Below, piece by piece: positions 7,489-14,398 of a stretch of DNA of 20,707 nucleotides (position 1 is the first letter of the stretch; each line of letters opens with the position of its first letter). The translations under genes were made by a program, and so were the position numbers. The stretch lies in contig JBGPFC010000052.1 of assembly GCA_041483195.1 (NCBI GenBank), positions 1 through 20,707 on the forward strand. The letters run 5' to 3'. Origin of the DNA: Candidatus Eiseniibacteriota bacterium (GTDB lineage: Bacteria > Eisenbacteria > RBG-16-71-46). Under the pieces are notes generated by a model. That model had not been told where the DNA came from. It saw only the letters and a program-made list of their open reading frames with translations, and did no database searches.

Positions 7489-8325
7489 CTAGAGCGCCCG
7501 CCGCCGGAACTGCCGCACCGCGATCGCCACCGCGACCACGATGTAGCCCGCCGCCCACCACACCATCGCGGGCGTCGGGACCGAGCCCGGCGAGAACGGC
7601 GAGAGCTGGAGGTCGCGCATCAGCGGCGGCTGCATGTGGTGCGCGGCGAGCTGCCACATCGACTCGCTCGGCATGATGAGGCTCGCGATCGTGCCCACGC
7701 GGCGCGCGGTGTCGTTCCCGGTCATGGTGCCGATCTGCTCCACCCAGCTGCCGATGAACGCCAGGCCGTAGAGCCCGACCGCCACGATCCCGTTGGTGAT
7801 GGTGCTGAAGCGCGTGCCGCCCGCGATCGAGACCGAGAGCAACACCAGCCCCTCGAGCGCGAGCAGCGGGAGCCCGCGCGCGAGGTGGGGCAGCGTGAAG
7901 CCGCCCATGGTGCGCGCCACCAGCAGCACGCCGCCCGACATCATCGCGAGGTAGGCGACCATCACCAGCGCGAACGCCGCCCACTTTCCGAGCACGATGG
8001 TGGAGCGATGGATCGGCTTGGCTGCGAGCGTCTGCATCACGCCGGATTCGATCTCGCCAGAGAGCGTGTCCACCGGCAGCAGCACCGCGGTCATGATCGT
8101 GAGGAAGTTCACCACGTAGAGCCCGGCGAGCGCGAAGAACGTGAGCGCCATGCGGCGGGCGATGACCTCCCCCACCGTGTGGCGGGAGATGTCGCGCTCG
8201 ATGAAGTGAAAGCCGATCGCGTAGAGCGCGAGGAACGTGACGCCGCACACGAACACCGCGAGCAGCACCTTGCGGCGCAGCGCCTCGTGGATGGTGAGGT
8301 GGACGATGGTGAGGAACGCGTTCAC
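7489..8325 (-). CDS. ABC-2 type transporter permease
   Basis: LTIHEALRRK start, SGEIESGVMQTLAAKPIHRSTIVLGKW, about six TM helices, ends FRRRAL. Directly downstream of the ABC ATPase. Confidence 0.9.
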   Translation of the reverse strand: MNAFLTIVHLTIHEALRRKVLLAVFVCGVTFLALYAIGFHFIERDISRHTVGEVIARRMALTFFALAGLYVVNFLTIMTAVLLPVDTLSGEIESGVMQTLAAKPIHRSTIVLGKWAAFALVMVAYLAMMSGGVLLVARTMGGFTLPHLARGLPLLALEGLVLLSVSIAGGTRFSTITNGIVAVGLYGLAFIGSWVEQIGTMTGNDTARRVGTIASLIMPSESMWQLAAHHMQPPLMRDLQLSPFSPGSVPTPAMVWWAAGYIVVAVAIAVRQFRRRAL

Positions 8326-8329
8326 GCGA

Positions 8330-9253
8330 TCACCCCGGCCTCCGGTCTTCGCCCATCACCTCGAGGAACCAGGTCTCGAGCGATTTCCGCTGCGCGCGCA
8401 TCTCGTAGAGCGCGATGCCGCGCGCGACCAGCGTCCGCGCAATCTCGGGCAGCGCGTCCTCGTGCGGGACGCGCAGCCGCACCACGCCGTCGCTCTCCGC
8501 CACCTCCCGCCCGTGGGCGGCCAGCGCATCGAGCGTGTCCGCGCCGTGCGGGCCGAGGCGCAGCTCAACGGCCACGCCGGTCGCGGCGGGGTCCGCGCCG
8601 AGCGTCAGCTCGTGCACGGCCCGACCCTGCTTCACGAACACCACGCGGTCGCAGGTGGCCTCGACCTCGCCCAGCAGGTGCGAGTTGAGGAACACCGCGG
8701 TCCCGCCCGCGCGCAGCTCGTGAATGAGATCGCGCACCAGCAGCCGCCCGAGCGGGTCCAAGCCCGAAGTGGGCTCGTCGAGGAACACCAGCTCCGGGCG
8801 GTTCAGGAGCGCCTGCGCGATGCCGATGCGCTGCAGCATGCCCTTGCTGTACTCGCGCAGCTTGCGGTGGGCGGCGTCGAGCAGGTCCACGCGCGCGAGC
8901 AGCTCCTCGGCGCGCGCCTCGAGCGCGGCGCGCGGCATGCCGTAGAGCCGGCCGTGAAAGTGCAGCAGCTCGCGCCCGCTCAGCCAGTCGTGAAAGCGGA
9001 AGTGCTCGGGCAGGAAGCCGACCCGCGCGCGGGTGCGGCGGTCGCCGAGCGGAGCGCCCAGCACGGTGGCGGATCCCGAGGTCGGCGCGACCAGACCGAG
9101 CAGCATCTTGAGCGACGTGGTCTTGCCCGCGCCATTGGGGCCGAGGAATCCGAAGACCTCTCCGCGCCGCACGCTCAGGGAGAGCTCGTCGACCGCCAGC
9201 TTCTCGCCGAACTGCTTGCGCAGCGCGCGCGTCTCGATCGCGGCCTCGGTCAT
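8330..9253 (-). CDS. ABC transporter ATP-binding protein
   Basis: GPNGAGKTT, YSKGMLQR, VFLDEPTSGLDP and NSH. True start is ATG 9253 (MTEAAIETR), overlapping the upstream stop. Confidence 0.93.
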   Translation of the reverse strand: MTEAAIETRALRKQFGEKLAVDELSLSVRRGEVFGFLGPNGAGKTTSLKMLLGLVAPTSGSATVLGAPLGDRRTRARVGFLPEHFRFHDWLSGRELLHFHGRLYGMPRAALEARAEELLARVDLLDAAHRKLREYSKGMLQRIGIAQALLNRPELVFLDEPTSGLDPLGRLLVRDLIHELRAGGTAVFLNSHLLGEVEATCDRVVFVKQGRAVHELTLGADPAATGVAVELRLGPHGADTLDALAAHGREVAESDGVVRLRVPHEDALPEIARTLVARGIALYEMRAQRKSLETWFLEVMGEDRRPG

Positions 9254-9837
9254 GCCGCGGGCGCCCCGAGCGCCGCCAGCACCTGCGCGGTCGAGCGCAC
9301 CATTCCAATCCGCGTGAAGATGGTGCCCACCGCGAAGGCGTGAGCCTCGGCCGAGAGCCCCGCCATCGCGTCCTCGATGAAGATCAGCTGATAGCCGCGC
9401 TCCCAGCCGTCGCGCGCCGTGGACTCCACGCCGAAGTTGGTCGAGATCCCGCACAACACAACGGTGTCGATGCGGCGCCGCCGGAGCTGAAGATCCAGCT
9501 CGGTGCCGTAGAAGGCGCCCCACTGGTGCTTGGTGACGACCAGGTCGCCCTCGCGAGGCCCGACCTCCGGCACCAGGTCGGCCCAGTCGGCGGGTGGCTG
9601 GCCGGGCGGCATCGCGGCGTCCACCCGCGTGCGCACGCGGTCGCCGCCGTCGGCCGCGTAGGCCACCCGCACCATCACCACCAACCCGCCCGCGGCCCGC
9701 GTCGCCGCCGCGATGCGCGCGGCGCGCTCGACGACCTCGCTCGAGGAATGCGGCGCGACCTGGCGCGCCACGATGCCGCGCTGCAGGTCGATCACGACCA
9801 GCGCGGTGGAGCGCGGCGTCAGCTCGAGCGTCGTCAT
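9250..9837 (-). CDS. Isochorismatase-like hydrolase (YecD-like)
   Basis: ALVVIDLQ, VTKHQWGAFYGTELD, GISTNFGVESTARD and IEDA. GAGGAGGAG RBS. Confidence 0.9.
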   Translation of the reverse strand: MTTLELTPRSTALVVIDLQRGIVARQVAPHSSSEVVERAARIAAATRAAGGLVVMVRVAYAADGGDRVRTRVDAAMPPGQPPADWADLVPEVGPREGDLVVTKHQWGAFYGTELDLQLRRRRIDTVVLCGISTNFGVESTARDGWERGYQLIFIEDAMAGLSAEAHAFAVGTIFTRIGMVRSTAQVLAALGAPAA

Positions 9838-9894
9838 GGGCTGCTCCTCCTCGCGTGGATTCCCGGGGCCCCGGGACGGATCGCGCGAAGGAAT

Positions 9895-10881
9895 CTAAGG
9901 CAGGGCGTTCGCCATCTCCAGCAGCTCCACGTTCGACAGGTTGCCGCTCAGCGCGAACACCATGTCGCCATCGGTCCACATCACGGTCGCGCCCTCGCGG
10001 TGGCGGCCACCCGGCGTGCGCGCATCGTCCCCGACCAGGCTCACCATCAGGCCGCGATGGCCGCGCACGTCCACGTCGCGGAACGCGCCGACGTTCGCCG
10101 GCACCGGCACCACCATCGTCGTGCGCCAGTCGATGGACTGAGCCAGCCGGTGCGCCTCCGAGGCCTCGAGCCCCGCGATGCGCAGCGCGATCTCGCCGAA
10201 CTGCGCGAGGTCCGCGCCAGCGGGCAGCTCCACCTCGGGGCTGTGCGCCTGGAGCAACACCACGCGATGATGATCGCTCACGAAATTCTGCCGGAGCGCC
10301 ATCGGCATGTGAATCGTCATGGTCGCCCCGTTCAGCTCGTCCGGCACCCGCACGTCGCGGATGTCGAGCGCCTCGAGCACGCCGTGGAGCTTCGTCAGGT
10401 CGAGGGTGATGCGCGCCACGCCCTCGTTGCTGAGCAGCACCGTGTCGGCGCGCAGCGCGCCCGGCAGCGTGGCGGGCGTGCGCGGCACGTAGCCCAGCAG
10501 CGGCGCCGCCTCGGCCGCCGACAGCAGCACCCGCGGCGGATCGGGCTGCTGCAGCGTCTCGACGTGGCCGCCGACCACCGACTGGAGATCGATCTTGCCG
10601 TCCTTGAGCTGCTGGAGCCGTTCGGGGCTCACGGTCACCGCGGTGAAGTTGCGCACGCGGAACAGGTCGAGAAACGCCTGCGCCGAGGCGCGCACCGCCG
10701 GGAACACGAACAGCGCGCCGGTCGCGACCACGACCAGCGCCGCCGCGATCGCGAAGCGGAGCGTGGCGCGGGGCGCGACGCGGGGCGCGGCGGCGTCCTG
10801 GCGCCGCAGCCGCTCGCGGAGATCGGAAACCAGCGCGGGCGGCGGATCGCGGCGCAGGTCGTGCAGGAACTTGTCGTTCAT
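9895..10881 (-). CDS. Putative membrane-anchored anti-sigma factor (single TM, large extracytoplasmic domain, DUF4367-like end)
   Basis: ATGA overlap with the ECF sigma stop. Short N-terminus, one TM (FAIAAALVVVATGALFVFP), and C-terminal VMWTDGDMVFALSGNLSNVELLEMANAL. Confidence 0.7.
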   Translation of the reverse strand: MNDKFLHDLRRDPPPALVSDLRERLRRQDAAAPRVAPRATLRFAIAAALVVVATGALFVFPAVRASAQAFLDLFRVRNFTAVTVSPERLQQLKDGKIDLQSVVGGHVETLQQPDPPRVLLSAAEAAPLLGYVPRTPATLPGALRADTVLLSNEGVARITLDLTKLHGVLEALDIRDVRVPDELNGATMTIHMPMALRQNFVSDHHRVVLLQAHSPEVELPAGADLAQFGEIALRIAGLEASEAHRLAQSIDWRTTMVVPVPANVGAFRDVDVRGHRGLMVSLVGDDARTPGGRHREGATVMWTDGDMVFALSGNLSNVELLEMANALP

Positions 10882-11429
10882 GATGCTTCTCCCTCCGGCC
10901 ATTCGGCACGCAGTGTCTGGATCGTGCGACTCAGGATGGTGCCGACGTTCGATTCGGTGAGCCCCATGTGCTTCGCGATCGCGCGGTTCGTGAGCCCGGC
11001 TCCGTAACGCAGCGCGATCAGCTCACGCTCGCGCTCATCGAGCCGCGCGAGCATGCGCGCGAGCAGCTCGGCGTCCGAGTTCCGCTCCGCCAGCTCGTGC
11101 GGGGCATCGCCCCCGGCGACGTGCGCCGCGGCCTCGAGCGGCGCGTGCTGGCGGCGGCGGCGGTAGTGATCGATCGCGACGTTGCGCGCGATCGCGACCA
11201 GCCAGGTCGAGAACCCCGCGAGATCGCGGCGGTAGCGGTGGCGCGCACGCCACGCCTTCTCGAAGGTGGCCGAGGTGAGATCCTCGGCTTCTGGCCCGTC
11301 GCCCAGCCGGAAGCGGAAGTAGTTGTACACGCGAGGCAGCTGCTCGCGGTACACGACGTCCCAGTCCGCCTCGCGGGCGGGGGCCACGAACGACAGCAGG
11401 CGTCCCATCACTGCGCTCTCGCTGGTCAT
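10878..11429 (-). CDS. ECF-type RNA polymerase sigma-70 factor
   Basis: Region 2: AEDLTSATFEKAW...FSTWLVAIARNVAIDHYRR. Region 4: LDERERELIALRYGAGLTNRAIAKHMGLTESNV. Start is ATG 11429 or 11408. Confidence 0.93.
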   Translation of the reverse strand: MTSESAVMGRLLSFVAPAREADWDVVYREQLPRVYNYFRFRLGDGPEAEDLTSATFEKAWRARHRYRRDLAGFSTWLVAIARNVAIDHYRRRRQHAPLEAAAHVAGGDAPHELAERNSDAELLARMLARLDERERELIALRYGAGLTNRAIAKHMGLTESNVGTILSRTIQTLRAEWPEGEAS

Positions 11430-11440
11430 GTAGGGGAATA

Positions 11441-11466
11441 TACGGAGGAACGGAGGAAGTATCACA
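11441..11466 (-). promoter_or_regulatory. Candidate ECF-sigma autoregulatory promoter
   Basis: Minus strand reads TGTGAT-N16-CGTA, 11 nt before ATG 11429. Resembles SigW/SigX-type TGAAAC/TGTAAC-N16-CGT/CGA promoters. Confidence 0.5.
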
Positions 11467-11574
11467 GAATCGGGCCCGGCGCGCGCCCCGTTCGCGCCCG
11501 CTCCACAGGATGGACGGGAGCGGCGCCCGGGCACATACTGATCGCCCCTGCCGATCCTCACCACTGGGCTCCCC

Positions 11575-12765
11575 ATGACATTCTCTGAACTTGGCCTACA
11601 GTCCGAACTCATCGCTGGATTGGCCAGGCAACAGATCACCGAACCAACGCCCATTCAGATCGCGGCGCTGCCGGTGTTGCTGGCAGGCAAAGATGCCTAC
11701 CTGAACGCCGAAACGGGAACCGGCAAGACGCTGGCCTATCTGCTGCCGATCTTCTGCCGGCTGGACGCGGAGCAGCAGGCGACGCAGATCGTGATCGTCG
11801 CGCCCACGCACGAACTGGCGATCCAGATTCAGCGCCAGTGCTGCGACCTTGCACAGAATGCCGGCTGGCCGATCCGTTCGCTGCTGCTCATCGGATGCAC
11901 TTCGATGGATCGTCAGATCGACAAGCTCAAGAGGAAGCCGCACATCGTGGTCGGCTCGCCGGGCCGCATCCTCGAATTGATCAGCATGGGCAAGCTGAAG
12001 ACCAATGGGGTCAGGGGCGTGGTGATTGACGAGGCGGATCGGTTGCTGGTCCACGAGAGCCTGCCCGCCATCCGCGCGATCATCCGGGCCGCGCCGAGCA
12101 GGCGGCAGTTGATCTTCGCGTCGGCCACGGAACAGCGGGAGAGTGCGGAAGCCATCGCGACGCTCGCGCCGGATCTGGTGACCTTACGGGCCGGCGCCGC
12201 GCCGGTGAACGAGAACATCGAGCACCTCTATCTTGTCTGCGAAGCTCGCGACAAGCCGGAGGTGCTGAGAAAGCTCCTGCACGCGCTCCATCCCGAACGC
12301 GCGATGGTCTTCGTGCACCGGAACGAAACGGCCGAAATCGTCGCGGGGAAATTGGCCCATCACCAGATCCCGGTTGCGGACCTTCATGCCGCCGCCGACA
12401 AGCGGGACCGCAAGCAGGCGATGGATCACTTCCGCAGCGCCCAGGTTCGCGTCTTGATCGCCTCCGACGTGGCCGCGCGCGGACTCGACATCAGAGGCGT
12501 CACGCATATTTTCAACCTCGACGTGCCGACGCAAAGCAAAGCGTATCTGCATCGCGTAGGCCGCACCGCCCGGGCGGGCGCGAAAGGGCAGGCGGTCACG
12601 CTGATGACCCGAGACGAGGCCCGACTGGCCCGCCGCTATGAGAACGAACTGGGCATTGTCATGCATCAAGTACTTCTGCGCGAGGGCCGGGTGATCGCCG
12701 CGGGCGAATCCGAGCCTCGCACGCCAGCCCGGCGCCGATCGATCAGCCCGTGCGCCCGGCGATGA
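11575..12765 (+). CDS. DEAD-box RNA helicase (minimal core)
   Basis: Q motif FSELGL...PTPIQ, AETGTGKT, PTHELA, SPGRI, DEAD, SAT, ARGLDI and HRVGRTAR. Confidence 0.95.
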   Translation: MTFSELGLQSELIAGLARQQITEPTPIQIAALPVLLAGKDAYLNAETGTGKTLAYLLPIFCRLDAEQQATQIVIVAPTHELAIQIQRQCCDLAQNAGWPIRSLLLIGCTSMDRQIDKLKRKPHIVVGSPGRILELISMGKLKTNGVRGVVIDEADRLLVHESLPAIRAIIRAAPSRRQLIFASATEQRESAEAIATLAPDLVTLRAGAAPVNENIEHLYLVCEARDKPEVLRKLLHALHPERAMVFVHRNETAEIVAGKLAHHQIPVADLHAAADKRDRKQAMDHFRSAQVRVLIASDVAARGLDIRGVTHIFNLDVPTQSKAYLHRVGRTARAGAKGQAVTLMTRDEARLARRYENELGIVMHQVLLREGRVIAAGESEPRTPARRRSISPCARR

Positions 12766-12973
12766 AACGCGTGTAGATCTGCTCGACCTTTTGTCTCGCC
12801 CGCGGGGCCTTGCGAAGGTACTTGAGCGCCGAGGTCATGCTGGGATCGACGAGGAAGCAGTTGATTGGGATGTCCCGTGCCAGGCCCTCCCAGCCAAATC
12901 GGTCGATCATCTGCCGAAGCATCATCTCGAGTGTGACGCCATGGAGGGGATTGTTGGGCTGCCGAGCGGTCAT
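12743..12973 (-). CDS. VF530 / DUF2132 family small putative DNA-binding protein
   Basis: QPNNPLHGVTLE...GWEGL...INCF..DPS..SALKYLRK..ARQKVEQIY matches the family pattern. 23-nt convergent overlap with the helicase. Confidence 0.88.
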   Translation of the reverse strand: MTARQPNNPLHGVTLEMMLRQMIDRFGWEGLARDIPINCFLVDPSMTSALKYLRKAPRARQKVEQIYTRFIAGRTG

Positions 12974-13104
12974 GGTTCCGGATTTCCTCTGAGCGACGTG
13001 GCCCCTCGCGAGCAGGTGGCCGGGCCCATCAGACAGGCAGATCGTGGCAATTGCCAGAGCAGCAGAGGCCGGCGGCCTTCCTGGGACAGCCCGCTCCCGC
13101 GCCC

Positions 13105-13860
13105 TCAGTCTGCGCGATGGAACCCTCGACGATGGCCTCGGAGGGCGAACCAGGCCGAAGCCGCGAGGAGAAGCGCAAGCAGCCCGATTGCCTGGCGCGG
13201 AAAACCGGGAACCGACTCCGTCACGGTGAGCCTCAAGTCATCGACGTACTGCCCGTCGAACTCGTCCGGCGGGCAGCCCGTGTCATCGAACACGTTCTCG
13301 ACCGCGGAGACGAGCACGGCGAGATACTGCGTTCCGGGAGGGAGCGAGAGTTGGACCGACATCGGCTCCCAGGTCGAAGCGTTGCCGTCGGAATTGATCG
13401 TCACGGTGGTCGACGCCAATGGTGCCGGGAGACTGGGCGAAAGGTCGTCGAAACCGGCCGGGCTTCCCGAGTAGGCCCGTATCGAAATGTCGAACTCGGT
13501 GTCCGTCTGGGAATCTCCCGCGACCCGATTGCACAGGCCAGAGAGCGTGGCGGTTGCCGCGCCTGGATCGACGGGAACCAGTTGCCACAAGTCCGAGCCG
13601 CGACCCCCGGTGGGGCATGTCCAGAAGGCGGCAACGAAGCGGAGCATGGAGGAGCCTTCCGCCGGAGTGATGCCGTTCTCCGCCGGGACTCTTGCGCACA
13701 GGTCCCCCGACCAGACACCCGTGGTCGAAGGCAATTGAAGGAGCGGCGCCGCCGACTCGAAGCCGGCGTTGGAGAGCAGGTTGGCGGAGGCGAGGGCCGG
13801 GACGGCCGCCACGGCCATGAGTGCGGCGGCGAGATGGGGCAGCACGCTGAGGCGGCTCAT
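13105..13860 (-). CDS. Secreted protein with CBM4/9-like jelly-roll domain and C-terminal membrane anchor (IPTL/PEP-CTERM-like)
   Basis: Signal peptide ending ASA, then NLLSNAGFE...YVDDLRL. Ends VPGFPRQAIGLLALLLAASAWFALRGHRRG. GGAG RBS upstream. Confidence 0.75.
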   Translation of the reverse strand: MSRLSVLPHLAAALMAVAAVPALASANLLSNAGFESAAPLLQLPSTTGVWSGDLCARVPAENGITPAEGSSMLRFVAAFWTCPTGGRGSDLWQLVPVDPGAATATLSGLCNRVAGDSQTDTEFDISIRAYSGSPAGFDDLSPSLPAPLASTTVTINSDGNASTWEPMSVQLSLPPGTQYLAVLVSAVENVFDDTGCPPDEFDGQYVDDLRLTVTESVPGFPRQAIGLLALLLAASAWFALRGHRRGFHRAD

Positions 13861-14220
13861 GGGAGTCTCCGAAATTCCGAAGAGGGCACGCGCGAGAAAT
13901 CAAGCGCTTGGACGCCTGCAAGCATAGATGCGAGCACGGTCGCGATCCACACGGAACCCGCACGATATTCGCGTGATGGCCGGCGCGAACGATCCGAAAC
14001 TGTTGACCCTCCTACCGAATCGGCGCGGCCTCATCCCCTCACCATGCTTGGATATGCGCTACGAGGTGATCCCTGGCCTGGCCCTGGTTCCAGGAGGGGT
14101 CGGGCTCAATTGGGGGTCAGAGTTACCGGCGGTTAAGAGACCTGATCACCGTTCGTTACCGGTTGTTTCTTGTGCCGGGAACGTTTCTAAGCACGCACCT
14201 CGGCAACGCTCGCTGAGCAG

Positions 14221-14236
14221 GACACCCTAGGGTGTC
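14221..14236. repeat. Perfect 16-bp palindrome centred on CTAG
   Basis: GACACCCTAGGGTGTC is its own reverse complement. Confidence 0.9.
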
Positions 14237-14398
14237 GGGTTCCCTTTTGCAGGAAGTTTTTTTGTTGTTGCTTTTCTCCCGAGGTGTAAGGTGCGCATGC
14301 AATCAGATTCACTCGAGGCCGCCTCGGATCGCCAGAGTTCGTGAACGACACTGGGCTCCGTTTCTGGCGCTCCGCGCTGTTCTCCAAGAGGGAGCGTC

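Noticed and set aside
8330..10909. 859-aa minus-strand ORF as one giant ABC protein
   Set aside because: Only 8330-9253 encodes the ATPase. The upstream part is an Arg/Ala-rich off-frame reading over the hydrolase and anti-sigma genes.
1101..11007. Many long overlapping ORFs (e.g. 1162-2727, 6650-8248, 7126-8688, 9340-11007)
   Set aside because: These are shadow frames expected at high GC. They are Arg/Ala/Pro-rich, lack motifs and overlap well-supported genes.
13861..14398. c-di-GMP or other riboswitch, or a small gene, in the long intergenic region
   Set aside because: I could not find the GEMM core or any other recognisable aptamer, and the short ORFs lack RBS and motifs. An Rfam scan would settle it.
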